Shown piece by piece: positions 22,314-33,329 of a stretch of 64,000 nucleotides of DNA. Origin of the DNA: Allosphingosinicella sp. GTDB taxonomy: Bacteria; Pseudomonadota; Alphaproteobacteria; Sphingomonadales; Sphingomonadaceae. The number at the start of each line of letters is the position of its first letter. Position 1 is the first letter of the stretch. The position numbers and the translations under genes were made by a program. The stretch is from the NCBI RefSeq assembly GCF_036570505.1, contig NZ_DATCYB010000085.1, forward strand, positions 1,503 through 65,502. Reading direction: 5' to 3'. Under the pieces are notes generated by a model that did no database searches, had not been told where the DNA came from, and worked only from the letters and a program-made list of their open reading frames with translations.

Positions 22314-22793
22314 ATGGCGACGGTGGACAAGATGCCGATGCTGGCCGAGGGCTATGAGAGGCTTCACACCGAGGTCAGGCACCTGAAATCCGTCGAGCGG
22401 CTCGCGATCATCGACGCCATCGAGGAAGCGCGCGCGCACGGCGACTTGTCGGAGAATGCCGAATACCATGCCGCCAAGGAGCGGCAGGGCCACGTCGAGG
22501 CGCAGATCGCCGACATCGAGGATCGCCTCAGCCGCGCCATGGTGATCGACCCGGCGACGCTCTCGGGCGACAAGGTCGTGTTCGGTGCCACCGTCCATCT
22601 CGTCGACGAGAACGACAAGCCGGTGAAATACCAGATTGTCGGCCAGACCGAGGCCGACGCCAAGATCGGCCGGATCAGCTATTCATCGCCGCTGGGGCGC
22701 GCCCTGATCGGCCGCCAGGTCGGCGACGAGGTCGAGGTCACGACTCCCTCGGGCGACAAATATTACGAGATCGAGAAGATCGAGTTCATCTGA
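22314..22793 (+). CDS. greA: transcription elongation factor GreA
   Basis: [19 protein letters not shown]...[18 protein letters not shown]...[12 protein letters not shown]. Confidence 0.95.
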   Translation: MATVDKMPMLAEGYERLHTEVRHLKSVERLAIIDAIEEARAHGDLSENAEYHAAKERQGHVEAQIADIEDRLSRAMVIDPATLSGDKVVFGATVHLVDENDKPVKYQIVGQTEADAKIGRISYSSPLGRALIGRQVGDEVEVTTPSGDKYYEIEKIEFI

Positions 22794-22795
22794 GG

Positions 22796-23437
22796 GTGAG
22801 ACCGCCGGAAAACTGGCGGCGCGCGCGTGTCACGCTGGCGATAGCGGGCGCGACCGCCTTCGCCTGGTTGGCCGCGGGCCTGATCGGGTATAGCAATTTC
22901 GCGGCGCTGTGGGGCGGCTTCATTCCGGTACGGATGATGGGTGTCGTCGGTGACGAGGGACTCGCGCCGGCTTTCCTGACGCCCCTGACGGCGACTTTGG
23001 TCCATGCCGGGATCATCCATCTCGGCTTCAACCTCCTCATCCTCCTCTTCTGCGGCCGGTCCGTCGAAACGATCATCGGGGGTAAACAGCTCGCCATCCT
23101 CTACATCGTCGGCGCTTATGCCGCCGCGGCCGCTCAGTATGCGGTCGACCCCATCGACCAGACGCCGATGGTGGGGGCCAGCGGGGCGATCTCGGCGGTG
23201 CTGGGCGCCTATTCGATGATGTTCGGGCGCAATCGCGTGAAGGTCGCCAATCCGACCCTCGCGCTCTGGCTCAACGCCCTCTGGCTGGCCGGGGCCTGGA
23301 TAGGCCTTCAACTCGTGGTCGGCTTCACGTTCGAAACAGCCGGCGCCCGCATCGCCATCGCCGCCCATATCGGCGGCTTCCTCGCCGGGCTGCTTCTGGC
23401 GAAGCCGTTGCTTCTGCTTCGATATCGGGGGGCCTAA
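22796..23437 (+). CDS. rhomboid-family intramembrane serine protease
   Basis: Six TM segments. HAGIIHLGFNLL, catalytic GASGAISAVLGAY and HIGGFLAGLLL motifs. Confidence 0.85.
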   Translation: MRPPENWRRARVTLAIAGATAFAWLAAGLIGYSNFAALWGGFIPVRMMGVVGDEGLAPAFLTPLTATLVHAGIIHLGFNLLILLFCGRSVETIIGGKQLAILYIVGAYAAAAAQYAVDPIDQTPMVGASGAISAVLGAYSMMFGRNRVKVANPTLALWLNALWLAGAWIGLQLVVGFTFETAGARIAIAAHIGGFLAGLLLAKPLLLLRYRGA

Positions 23438-23477
23438 TTTACTCCCGATCGCTTCGCGACAGGGAGTAAATTAGGCC
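23431..23477. terminator. bidirectional stem-loop shared by convergent genes
   Basis: Perfect 16-bp arms GGCCTAATTTACTCCC / GGGAGTAAATTAGGCC with a 15-nt loop. Each arm contains one gene's stop codon. Confidence 0.6.
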
Positions 23478-23698
23478 TTCTTCTGATCGAGTTCCGGTTC
23501 CATCAGGCGGTGGAGGTGGACGACGACATATTTCATCTCGGCATCATCCACCGTTCGCTGGGCATTGGCGCGCCAGGCGTCGAGCGCGCTCGCATAATCG
23601 GGGAAAAGGCCGACCATGTGAACCGATGGAAGGTCGACGAATTCCAGGCCCCGCGGATCCTTGACGCGGCCGCCGAAGACGAGATGAAGCTTGCTCAT
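23471..23698 (-). CDS. DUF4170 domain protein
   Basis: 75 aa: MSKLHLVFGGRVKDPRGLEFVDL...VGLFPDYASA..AWR. Small alphaproteobacterial family, recalled from memory. Confidence 0.75.
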   Translation of the reverse strand: MSKLHLVFGGRVKDPRGLEFVDLPSVHMVGLFPDYASALDAWRANAQRTVDDAEMKYVVVHLHRLMEPELDQKKA

Positions 23699-23756
23699 GG
23701 ATACCTCGAACGTGGGAGTTGGGCTCGCCTAACACGCTCGTTGCTCGAGGCAAGGG

Positions 23757-24338
23757 TCAGCCGCGCTTCTCCATGAAGTTCACGAGGGCATCGAAGCCGT
23801 TGCGCTGGATATAGCTGCTGAAATCGGCCTCTTGAGCCACGGCGATGTTGACTCCGCTGACGGTCAAATTCGTGACCTTGTAACCGCCGCCAACTTTCGC
23901 GAGCGACCAGATCGCCGTCGCCGGACGCGCGCCGGGCCGCGTGACCTGGGTGAGAACGGCGGCGTTGTTCCCCTGATCCTGCACGCGCACGATTTTGATG
24001 TCGGCATCGGCATATTGGTAGAGGCGGTCGGCATAGGTGCCGACGATGAAGCTCGGGAAGGCGGCCTTGTAGGCCTTGTACTGGGCGTCGCTGATCTTGG
24101 GGCGCCACCGGCGGATCAGCCGGTCGCCGATCGCGTCCACCGCGAAATGCTGGGCCAGCAACGACCGGAACCGGCCGCGCGCGGAGGCCTTCTCTCCCTG
24201 AAGCGCGGCGAAGCCGGTCGTCGCCAGGCTGTGCACGAATTTGCCCGGATCCTGATTATTGACCTCAGCAGCGGCGGGAACGACGGCGATGGCCGCGACC
24301 GCTAAGGCAACGCCGGCGGCGCGAGTAATGGGACGCAT
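23757..24338 (-). CDS. MlaC/Ttg2D-like phospholipid-binding periplasmic protein
   Basis: Signal peptide MRPITRAAGVALAVAAIAVVPAAA. The FAVDAIGDRLIRRWRP..SDAQYKAYKAAFPSFIVGTYADRL...YKVTNLTVSGVNIA pattern is typical of MlaC. Confidence 0.7.
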   Translation of the reverse strand: MRPITRAAGVALAVAAIAVVPAAAEVNNQDPGKFVHSLATTGFAALQGEKASARGRFRSLLAQHFAVDAIGDRLIRRWRPKISDAQYKAYKAAFPSFIVGTYADRLYQYADADIKIVRVQDQGNNAAVLTQVTRPGARPATAIWSLAKVGGGYKVTNLTVSGVNIAVAQEADFSSYIQRNGFDALVNFMEKRG

Positions 24339-24448
24339 AAGACAAGCCCTCGGAAATTGGTCGATTTCGTAGATGACGCGCGGACACCCTCGCAAGTTAC
24401 GGAAATCGCCTTGGAATTCCGAAGCAACGAGGATGCCCTGGCTTGCCT

Positions 24449-24958
24449 TTACCGGGCCGGCGTCCGCTTCAGGGTTTGCGCCGCCGCGCTCGCGGATGTC
24501 CGCGCGGCTTCGCCGGCGCTGCTGGCGAACTCGTCCAGCCTCTGCTTGGCCGTGTCCTTGTTGAAACCCATTTCATCTAGCTTGCTGGTGCCGGCGTCGC
24601 GCGCCGCGAGAGCCGCTTCCCGGGCCCGGTCGTTGAGGCGCCGGCCATAATCGCCGAACATTTCGTCCTCACGCCGTGTCTTGGGCAGGATCGCCGCGAC
24701 GAGCGCGCCCAGAGCGAGGCCGCCGATCAGAGCGGCCGCGGGGTTGGCGTCGATGCCGTCGGCAGTGCGCTGGCGGGCGTATGAGGCGTTCTCGCGTGCG
24801 CTGCCATAAGCGGCGCCGGTGCGCTCCCGCGCGCTGTTGTAGGCGTCGCTCGCCCGCTCGCGGGCGGCGCTCGTCTTTTCGCGCACCTTGTCCCTAGCGG
24901 CGGACACGCGGCCGCTCCTGCCGGTTTCGGTATCGCGATCCATATCCGTCGTCGTCAT
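24449..24958 (-). CDS. hypothetical membrane-anchored stress-type protein
   Basis: Repetitive helical N-terminus (SAARERASDAYNSARERTGAAYGSARENASYARQR). Central TM NPAAALIGGLALGALVAAIL. 4-nt overlap with the upstream gene. Confidence 0.6.
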   Translation of the reverse strand: MTTTDMDRDTETGRSGRVSAARDKVREKTSAARERASDAYNSARERTGAAYGSARENASYARQRTADGIDANPAAALIGGLALGALVAAILPKTRREDEMFGDYGRRLNDRAREAALAARDAGTSKLDEMGFNKDTAKQRLDEFASSAGEAARTSASAAAQTLKRTPAR

Positions 24959-25353
24959 ACTTTCACTCCTTCCTTCTTCGACCGTCCGATCGTGGGGGCG
25001 GTGAGATCATAACCCTTGTCGTGATGGTCGAGATCGGCCTCGATGGTGCCGGCATCGACATCGTCCTCGTTCTCGCCGAGGAATCCCGAAGCCAACCGCC
25101 ACAAAGGCTCGCGCGCCAGAAAGATGACCAGGGCGGCGAGGACGCCCGAGGTCGCGACGGGGCGATCCTTAACCGTCCGCAGCGCCCCGTTGGCCATCTC
25201 GCCGCTCTTTTCGCGCACGCCCTCCCAGGCGCTGCTTACGAGATTGCCGGGCTTCAGCCTGTACTGGAGGGCGCCGGTGGTGGAGGCGAGTTGCCGCCGC
25301 GCCTGTTCCACCTCTCGCTTCGCCTGTTCGATTCGGGCTGTCGGATGCGTCAT
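24955..25353 (-). CDS. DUF3618-like single-TM protein
   Basis: N-terminal coiled coil IEQAKREVEQARRQLASTTGALQYRLKP, TM VATSGVLAALVIFLA. 4-nt overlaps on both sides. Confidence 0.6.
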   Translation of the reverse strand: MTHPTARIEQAKREVEQARRQLASTTGALQYRLKPGNLVSSAWEGVREKSGEMANGALRTVKDRPVATSGVLAALVIFLAREPLWRLASGFLGENEDDVDAGTIEADLDHHDKGYDLTAPTIGRSKKEGVKV

Positions 25354-25733
25354 GGGTTGCGCTCCCCGGTGAGCAGCGCGGCCTTCTCTTCGGCATCGCC
25401 GGACAGCGCGGCCATCTTGCCGATGCCGTAACGGACGAGCAGGTAGCCGACGGCTCCAGTCATCGCGAGCACGACAAGCCCCGCTGCCACGGGGCCGATC
25501 AGGTTGGCGAGACCCATTAGCAGGCCGACCAGCGCGGCGATCAACCCCGCGAAGGCGAGAAATCCACCCGCGGCGAGGGCGATCGCCCCCGTCCTCGCCT
25601 TGCCGATCCGATAGAGCGCAATCTGCTTGTAGAGATTGGCCTCCGCGCTGGCGACGTTGCGTCCCTCATCGACGAGCTGCTGAACCAGATCGCCGATCGA
25701 GTTGTCGTCCGGATTCTCGATTCGCCCGTGCAA
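25350..25733 (-). CDS. YqjE/DUF1469 (Holin-X superfamily) two-TM membrane protein
   Basis: IGDLVQQLVDEGRNVASAEANLYK followed by two long hydrophobic helices. Confidence 0.65.
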   Translation of the reverse strand: MHGRIENPDDNSIGDLVQQLVDEGRNVASAEANLYKQIALYRIGKARTGAIALAAGGFLAFAGLIAALVGLLMGLANLIGPVAAGLVVLAMTGAVGYLLVRYGIGKMAALSGDAEEKAALLTGERNP

Positions 25734-25735
25734 AG

Positions 25736-26332
25736 TTAGCGGCCCGTGCCGGGCTTGGTGTTCGTGGGCGAGTGGTCAATTTCGGGTGGCGTTCCGGGTT
25801 GGTCGCCTTGGCCCTCGGCCAGGCCGGCCTTGACCAGCCGCACCAGCGCGAAGCCGATAGCCGCCGCCGTGCCGATAGCGATTACCGGGCTTTTGCGAAC
25901 GATCGCCCGGGCGTCGTCGAGCAACTCGTCCACGTCTTTGGTGCGCAGCGTATCGGCGAAGCCGGAAACGGAGTCCGCGGCGCGGCGGGCATAGTCGCCA
26001 TATTCGGCGCCGAGCCTTTCATCGATCGTCCGAGCGGATTCGCTGACGGCCTCGGAGAACTCACCCAGCACGTCGGCGGCGCGGACCTTGCCGTCCACGG
26101 CATATTCGCGGGCCTTGCCGGCGGCCTGATCCCGAAGCGATGCGGCGTTTTCCTTGATTTGCGTCACGGCCTTCCCCCTTCTGCTTGTGCCGGCGGTCCC
26201 GCCCGTGTCGTCGGCCTGTCCGCTGCCCACGAAGCCGCCGCCGGGACCGGTGCTCGCGCTCGTGCCCCTTTCCATCGCGCCGTTGATGATGTGATCGGTT
26301 CCTTCGGGGAGTTCTCGGTTGCGCGGGGGCAT
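25736..26332 (-). CDS. ElaB/YqjD/DUF883-like C-tail-anchored protein
   Basis: Start MPPRNREL with GGAGGA SD. Long polar helical region, then VRKSPVIAIGTAAAIGFALVRLV, the DUF883-type C-terminal anchor. Confidence 0.6.
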   Translation of the reverse strand: MPPRNRELPEGTDHIINGAMERGTSASTGPGGGFVGSGQADDTGGTAGTSRRGKAVTQIKENAASLRDQAAGKAREYAVDGKVRAADVLGEFSEAVSESARTIDERLGAEYGDYARRAADSVSGFADTLRTKDVDELLDDARAIVRKSPVIAIGTAAAIGFALVRLVKAGLAEGQGDQPGTPPEIDHSPTNTKPGTGR

Positions 26333-26381
26333 TGGTGTTCCTCCAGACTGTAGGGATTGGACCCGTTCCTCGATGGTCAAA

Positions 26382-26407
26382 AACTCGCGCGGACCGCCTT
26401 CCGTTCC
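26382..26407 (-). promoter_or_regulatory. possible EcfG-type (general stress sigma) promoter
   Basis: Minus strand reads GGAAC-N17-AGTT, against the consensus GGAAC-N16/17-CGTT. It lies about 50 nt upstream of the 26332 start. One mismatch in the -10 element. Confidence 0.3.
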
Positions 26408-26495
26408 GCCCTCAAGATGGAAAGTTGCTTCTCAAGGACCGCGCCGATAGAGCGCGGCCTGCCAGCCACCATAGCCCGAAAAAGAGGCCATATAA

Positions 26496-27782
<1,287 letters not shown>

Positions 27783-27814
27783 TTCCGGGGCATTTTACTG
27801 ATTCTGTCAGCCCC

Positions 27815-28132
27815 GTGAGCACCGGTACTCGACACACGATTGAACTGATCAAGCGGGCGGCGCTGCCGGCGCTCGCCGTGCTCATCATCGCCAACTTCCT
27901 CGGCTATGCCGTGGTCGGCTCCAACGGCGTCCTCGCCTGGGGCGACTATCGGCGCCTGAAGGAGGAGAAGAGCCTGGTCCTCGCCGAGCTCCAGGAAGAG
28001 CGGGCCAGGCTGGCGCACCGGGCGGACCTGCTCGACCCGAGCAGCGCCGATCCCGACCTCGCCGACGAGATGGTGCGGCGCCAACTGGGCGTCATTCGCC
28101 CGGACGAAGTGATCATCCAAATCCCTGAGTAA
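27815..28132 (+). CDS. ftsB: septum formation initiator FtsB/DivIC family protein
   Basis: TM ALPALAVLIIANFLGYAVV, then coiled coil YRRLKEEKSLVLAELQEERARLAHRADLL...EMVRRQLGVIRPDEVI. The GTG 27815 start is tentative. Confidence 0.7.
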   Translation: MSTGTRHTIELIKRAALPALAVLIIANFLGYAVVGSNGVLAWGDYRRLKEEKSLVLAELQEERARLAHRADLLDPSSADPDLADEMVRRQLGVIRPDEVIIQIPE

Positions 28133-28247
28133 TTCTTCCCGGTCGCGAAGCGATGGGAGGGCAGTGGTGGCCCCATGTTGCACCCCTCAACGTTTGCGGC
28201 CATAGAGCCGCCATCGCATCCCATGAGCTTGAGGAAGGGGCCGAAGA

Positions 28248-29321
28248 GTGGCCAAGGCAGCATCGTCGAAGCGCGCCAGCACAAAGAAGGACGCTACGGC
28301 CGCACCGCCGCCCACGCCCAACCGCCCGCGTCCGCCCGAGCCGAAGCGGCACAAGGCCGACAAGGCCGAGATGCTGGAATATTATCGCCAGATGCTGCTC
28401 ATCCGCCGCTTCGAGGAGCGCGCCGGGCAGCTTTACGGGCTCGGCCTCATCGGCGGCTTCTGCCATCTCTACATCGGCCAGGAAGCGGTGGCGATCGGCC
28501 TCCAGACGGCGCTCGATCCGGACAAGGACAGCGTCATCACCGGCTATCGCGACCACGGCCACATGCTCGCCTACGGCATCGATCCCAAGATCATCATGGC
28601 CGAGCTGACCGGGCGCGAGGCCGGTATCTCCAAGGGCAAGGGCGGCTCGATGCACATGTTCAGCGTCGAGCATAAATTCTACGGCGGCCACGGCATCGTC
28701 GGCGCGCAGGTGCCGCTGGGGACCGGGCTCGCCTTCAAGCATAAATATGACGGCGACGGCGGCGTCTGCCTTGCCTATTTCGGCGATGGCGCGGCCAACC
28801 AGGGCCAGGTCTACGAAGCGTTCAACATGGCATCCTTGTGGAAGCTGCCGATCATCTTCGTGATCGAGAACAACCAATATGCGATGGGGACCAGCGTCAA
28901 CCGCTCCAGCGCCGAGGACCAGCTCTACAAGCGCGGCGAGAGCTTCCGCATTCCGGGGCTGCAGATCGACGGCATGGACGTGCTCGCGGTGCGCGGCGCC
29001 GCGACGACGGCCCTTGAATGGGTGCGGGGCGGCAATGGACCGATCCTGCTCGAGCTCAAGACCTATCGCTATCGCGGCCACTCCATGTCCGACCCGGCCA
29101 AATATCGCTCGCGCGACGAAGTCCAGGCGGTGCGCGACAAGTCCGATCCGATCGAGGCGATCAAACGCGAGCTGGAGAAGGCGGGCGTGTCCGAGGATGA
29201 GCTGAAGGAGATCGACAAGGATATCCGCCAGATCGTCGTCGAGGCCGCCGACTTCGCCGAACAATCGCCGGAGCCCGATCCTTCCGAACTTTATACTGAC
29301 GTTTTGGTCGAGAGCTACTGA
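28248..29321 (+). CDS. pdhA: pyruvate dehydrogenase E1 component alpha subunit
   Basis: [42 protein letters not shown] (TPP motif), [11 protein letters not shown]. Confidence 0.95.
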   Translation: MAKAASSKRASTKKDATAAPPPTPNRPRPPEPKRHKADKAEMLEYYRQMLLIRRFEERAGQLYGLGLIGGFCHLYIGQEAVAIGLQTALDPDKDSVITGYRDHGHMLAYGIDPKIIMAELTGREAGISKGKGGSMHMFSVEHKFYGGHGIVGAQVPLGTGLAFKHKYDGDGGVCLAYFGDGAANQGQVYEAFNMASLWKLPIIFVIENNQYAMGTSVNRSSAEDQLYKRGESFRIPGLQIDGMDVLAVRGAATTALEWVRGGNGPILLELKTYRYRGHSMSDPAKYRSRDEVQAVRDKSDPIEAIKRELEKAGVSEDELKEIDKDIRQIVVEAADFAEQSPEPDPSELYTDVLVESY

Positions 29322-30736
29322 TGCCCATAGAGCTTAAGATGCCGGCCCTCTCTCCCACGATGGAGGAGGGGACCCTCGCCAAATGGCTGGTGAAGGAAGG
29401 GGACAGCGTATCCTCCGGCGATATCCTCGCCGAGATCGAGACGGACAAGGCGACGATGGAGTTCGAAGCCGTCGACGAAGGGACGATCGCCAAGATCCTC
29501 GTTCCCGAAGGGACCGACGAGGTGAAGGTCGGCACCGTGATCGCAGTCATGACGGGCGAGGGTGAGGACGCCTCGGCGACAAGCGCGGCGCCGAAGGAGG
29601 AAGCCAAGGCCCCGGCGGCGGAGCCTAAGGAACAGGCTGACGTCCCGGCGCCCGAATCCGCCGAGCCGCACCAGATGGAGACGGGCGCGCGTGATCTGGT
29701 CGCGTCGGTCGAGAAGACCGAGGTGAAGGACCCAGACGTGCCCGAAGGCACCGAGATGGTCCGGATGACCGTCCGCGAGGCGCTGCGCGACGCGATGGCC
29801 GAGGAGATGCGCAAGGACGACCGCGTCTTCGTGATGGGCGAGGAAGTGGCCGAATATCAGGGCGCCTACAAGGTCACACAGGGCCTGCTCGACGAGTTCG
29901 GCGACAAGCGCGTGATCGATACGCCGATCACCGAATATGGCTTTGCCGGCGTCGGCACCGGCGCGGCGATGGGTGGGCTTCGGCCGATCGTCGAGTTCAT
30001 GACCTTCAATTTCGCCATGCAGGCGATCGACCACATCATCAATTCGGCGGCTAAGACCAACTACATGTCCGGCGGCCAGATGCGCTGCCCGATCGTGTTC
30101 CGCGGACCCAACGGCGCGGCGGCGCGCGTGGGGGCACAGCATAGCCAGAATTACGGGCCCTGGTATGCGAGCGTGCCGGGACTCGTTGTCATCGCGCCTT
30201 ATTCGGCGGCGGACGGGAAGGGTTTGTTGAAAGCTGCCATCCGGTCTGAAGACCCGGTCGTGTTCCTCGAGAATGAATTGCTTTATGGCCAGAGCTTCGA
30301 CGTGCCGAAGCTGGACGACTATGTCCTTCCCATCGGCAAGGCGCGGATCGCCCGCGAGGGCAAGGACGTGACTTTGGTCAGCTATTCGATCGGCGTCGGC
30401 GTGGCGCTCGACGCCGCCGGCAAGCTGGCCGAAGAGGGCGTCGAGGCCGAAGTGATCGATCTTCGCACCCTGCGCCCGCTCGACCGGGAGACGGTGCTGA
30501 AGAGCCTCGCCAAGACCAACCGCCTCGTCTGTGTCGAGGAAGGCTGGCCGACTTGCTCCATCTCCTCGGAGATCGCCGCTATCGCGATGGAGGAGGGGTT
30601 CGACGATCTCGACGCGCCGGTGCTGCGCGTCACCAACGTCGACGTGCCGCTCCCCTATGCCGCCAATCTCGAGAAGATGGCGCTCATAAAGGTGGACGAT
30701 GTCGTCGAGGCGGCGAAGAAGGTCTGTTACCGCTGA
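29321..30736 (+). CDS. pdhB: pyruvate dehydrogenase E1 component beta subunit with N-terminal lipoyl domain
   Basis: Lipoyl motif [13 protein letters not shown], Ala/Pro/Glu linker, then the transketolase-like beta subunit ([34 protein letters not shown]). Confidence 0.95.
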   Translation: MPIELKMPALSPTMEEGTLAKWLVKEGDSVSSGDILAEIETDKATMEFEAVDEGTIAKILVPEGTDEVKVGTVIAVMTGEGEDASATSAAPKEEAKAPAAEPKEQADVPAPESAEPHQMETGARDLVASVEKTEVKDPDVPEGTEMVRMTVREALRDAMAEEMRKDDRVFVMGEEVAEYQGAYKVTQGLLDEFGDKRVIDTPITEYGFAGVGTGAAMGGLRPIVEFMTFNFAMQAIDHIINSAAKTNYMSGGQMRCPIVFRGPNGAAARVGAQHSQNYGPWYASVPGLVVIAPYSAADGKGLLKAAIRSEDPVVFLENELLYGQSFDVPKLDDYVLPIGKARIAREGKDVTLVSYSIGVGVALDAAGKLAEEGVEAEVIDLRTLRPLDRETVLKSLAKTNRLVCVEEGWPTCSISSEIAAIAMEEGFDDLDAPVLRVTNVDVPLPYAANLEKMALIKVDDVVEAAKKVCYR

Positions 30737-30740
30737 CGGC

Positions 30741-31385
30741 ATGACGCCGCTCGATCCGGACCGCACGCTGGCCCTGTCCTATGTTCCGGCGAAGCACCGG
30801 CCCGCCGTGGAGGCCCTATGGCGGCTCGATGCGGCGCTCGGGGCAGTTCTGGCGGGCGGGCGGGAACCGCTGATTGGCCAGATCAAGCTTGTCTGGTGGC
30901 GCGACGCCTTGGAGAAGCTCGACCGGGAGAGGGCGCCTGCCGAGCCGGTTCTGCGGGCGGTGGCGGAGCATGTGGTGCCGATCGTGCCCGGCGCGGCGCT
31001 GGCCGAGTTTGAGCAGGCCTGGACCGTCCTGTTGAACCAGGAGCCGCTTTCTTCGTCCGACTTTGACGATTATGCGGCGCGCGGGCGCTTGCTGTTCCGG
31101 TTTTCCGCGACCCTGCTCGGTGACGTCTCGACGGCGGAGGTCGAGGATGCCGGAGAGGCGTGGGCTTTGGTCGATCTCGCCCGTCATAGCGGCGAGCCGG
31201 ACAAAATGGCCGTCTTCAACGCCGCGCGGGAGCGTGCGCGCCCGCGCAATCGCTGGCCCGTCCCTTTGCGCCCGCTCGGTATGCTGCATGCGCTGGCGCG
31301 CCGCGATATCGAGTACGGCCTCGGAACCCAGGGCTCGCCGGGGCGGATGCTCCGGATGCTGAGGCACCGGTTCACGGGACGGTGA
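30741..31385 (+). CDS. squalene/phytoene synthase-like family protein (no catalytic motifs seen)
   Basis: 214 aa with LALSYVPAKHRPAVEALWRLDAALGAVL...IKLVWWRDALEKL. Resembles the short SQS_PSY-like proteins next to pdhB in alphaproteobacteria. Call from memory. Confidence 0.5.
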   Translation: MTPLDPDRTLALSYVPAKHRPAVEALWRLDAALGAVLAGGREPLIGQIKLVWWRDALEKLDRERAPAEPVLRAVAEHVVPIVPGAALAEFEQAWTVLLNQEPLSSSDFDDYAARGRLLFRFSATLLGDVSTAEVEDAGEAWALVDLARHSGEPDKMAVFNAARERARPRNRWPVPLRPLGMLHALARRDIEYGLGTQGSPGRMLRMLRHRFTGR

Positions 31386-31450
31386 TTCTGGACTAACCTC
31401 ACCCGATCACAGGGGGAGGGGACCCATGCTGCGCTTTCTCGCGGGGGGCC

Positions 31451-31858
31451 GTGTCGGCGATGCTTTTCATGGCGGCGGGCTTCGTTATCTGGGCGAGCGA
31501 TTCGGATGCCGACGATCCGATCCCGCCCGCTCCCGCGGCGGCTCCCCTGCTGATGGCACCGCAGAAGCCGCCGACGCCGCCCGCCGCGCCCGAGAAATCG
31601 CGCGAGGAGAAGCGCTTCGCCCGCTATGACGACAATGAGGACGGCATCATCACCCGCGCGGAGATGATGGGGAGCCGGCGGGGCTCATGGGAGCGGCTCG
31701 ACGCCAATGGCGACAATCGCCTGGATTTCGAGGAGTGGGCGATCACGACGTCCGAGAAGTTCGCCAAGGCGGATGCGGACAGGTCCTGCACCCTCAACGC
31801 TGCCGAGTTCCTGACGACGCGACGGAAGTCTAAGCCCAAGCCGAAGTGCGAGTGCTAG
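31451..31858 (+). CDS. EF-hand domain protein, membrane-anchored or secreted
   Basis: Two EF loops, [12 protein letters not shown] and [12 protein letters not shown]. Start is ambiguous: GTG 31451, ATG 31460, or ATG 31426 via the G6 run. The 3' end overlaps the trmFO 3' end by 29 nt. Confidence 0.65.
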   Translation: MSAMLFMAAGFVIWASDSDADDPIPPAPAAAPLLMAPQKPPTPPAAPEKSREEKRFARYDDNEDGIITRAEMMGSRRGSWERLDANGDNRLDFEEWAITTSEKFAKADADRSCTLNAAEFLTTRRKSKPKPKCEC

Positions 31859-33218
31859 CTGTCCTCCCGACGCTTTTAGCGCAGGGAGGATGATCGGCGA
31901 TCCACTCCTTCAGGGCCTCTCTAGCGCGGCCGGTGTAGGCGGCCTTGCGTTCCTTCTTCTTCACTTTGCCTTCTATGGGCGGGAAGAGGCCGAAATTGAC
32001 GTTCATCGGCTGATAGCTGTCGGCCTCGGCGCCGCCGGTGATGTGGCCGAGAAGCGCGCCTAGCGCGGTCGCCGGCGGGGGAAGGGTGATCGCGTCTCCG
32101 CTGATCTCGGCGGCGGCGAAGCGGCCCGCGAGGAGACCCATGGCCGAGGATTCGACATAGCCTTCGCAGCCGGTGATCTGGCCGGCGAAGCGGATATGCG
32201 GCGCCTTTCGCAGACGTAGCTGCCCGTCGAGGAGCTGGGGCGAGTTGATGAAGGTGTTGCGATGGAGGCCGCCGAGGCGGGCGAACTCGGCATTCTCGAG
32301 GCCCGGAATGGTCCGGAACAGGCGGACCTGCTCGGCATATTTCAATTTGGTCTGGAAGCCGACCATGTTCCAGAGCGTGCCGAGCGCATTGTCCTGGCGG
32401 AGCTGGACGACGGCATAAGGCCAGCGGCCGGTCTTCGGATCGTCGAGGCCGACCGGTTTCATCGGGCCGTAGCGGAGCGTGTCGACGCCGCGTTCCGCCA
32501 TCACCTCGATCGGCATGCAGCCCTCGAAATAGGGCGTGTCCTTCTCCCACTCGCGGAATTCGGTTTTCTCGCCGTCGAGCAGCCCCTGATGAAAGGCGAG
32601 ATACTGCTCCTTCGTCATCGGGCAGTTGATGTAGTCCTTGCCGTCGCCTTCCGGGCCGACCTTGTCCCAGCGCGAGGCCATCCAGCAGATGTCCATATCG
32701 ATGCTGTCGCGGTGGACGATGGGGGCGATGGCATCGAAGAAGGCGAGGGAGTCGCTTCCCGTCTCGGCGCCGATGGACTCGGCCAGCTTCGCCGCCGTCA
32801 GCGGGCCGGTGGCGACGATGGCGAGGCCGGAGGCGGGGAGGGCGTCGACCCGCTCGCGCACGACCTCGATATTGGGATGGTTGCGGATGGTTTCGGTGAC
32901 CTGGGCGGAGAAACGGTCCCGATCCACCGCCAGTGCCGACCCCGCCGGCACCTTGTGCGCGTCGGCGGCGGCCATGATGAGGGAGCCCAGCGCCCGCATC
33001 TCGGCGTGAAGCAGGCCGACCGCATTGTTCTCGGCATCGTCGGAGCGGAAGCTGTTCGAGCAGACCAGTTCGGCAAGCCCGTCCGTCTGATGCGCCGGCG
33101 TCATCTCCCCCGACCCGCGCATTTCCGACAGCCGCACCTTCACGCCCGCCTCGGCGAGCTGCCAAGCCGCTTCAGAGCCCGCGAGGCCGCCGCCTATGAT
33201 GTGAACCTGATGAGTCAT
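31830..33218 (-). CDS. trmFO: methylenetetrahydrofolate--tRNA-(uracil-5-)-methyltransferase TrmFO
   Basis: FAD motif [51 protein letters not shown]. Confidence 0.95.
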   Translation of the reverse strand: MTHQVHIIGGGLAGSEAAWQLAEAGVKVRLSEMRGSGEMTPAHQTDGLAELVCSNSFRSDDAENNAVGLLHAEMRALGSLIMAAADAHKVPAGSALAVDRDRFSAQVTETIRNHPNIEVVRERVDALPASGLAIVATGPLTAAKLAESIGAETGSDSLAFFDAIAPIVHRDSIDMDICWMASRWDKVGPEGDGKDYINCPMTKEQYLAFHQGLLDGEKTEFREWEKDTPYFEGCMPIEVMAERGVDTLRYGPMKPVGLDDPKTGRWPYAVVQLRQDNALGTLWNMVGFQTKLKYAEQVRLFRTIPGLENAEFARLGGLHRNTFINSPQLLDGQLRLRKAPHIRFAGQITGCEGYVESSAMGLLAGRFAAAEISGDAITLPPPATALGALLGHITGGAEADSYQPMNVNFGLFPPIEGKVKKKERKAAYTGRAREALKEWIADHPPCAKSVGRTASTRTSAWA

Positions 33219-33236
33219 GATCCCGGACCCGATACT

Positions 33237-33313
33237 CGTTCGTCCCGAGCGAAGTCGAGGGGCGTGTGTGATGACTCCGTGCCAGCGCCCCTCGACTTCG
33301 CTCGGGACGAACG
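33237..33313. repeat. 28-bp perfect inverted repeat (REP-like hairpin) between gyrA and trmFO
   Basis: Arms CGTTCGTCCCGAGCGAAGTCGAGGGGCG (33237-33264) and its exact complement (33286-33313), with a 21-nt loop. Confidence 0.9.
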
Positions 33314-33329
33314 GATTCTTAGGGCTCCA

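Noticed and set aside
31921-33165. 414-aa same-strand alternative-frame ORF inside trmFO
   Set aside because: Arg/Pro/Gly-dominated nonsense sequence. The TrmFO frame carries all the conserved motifs.
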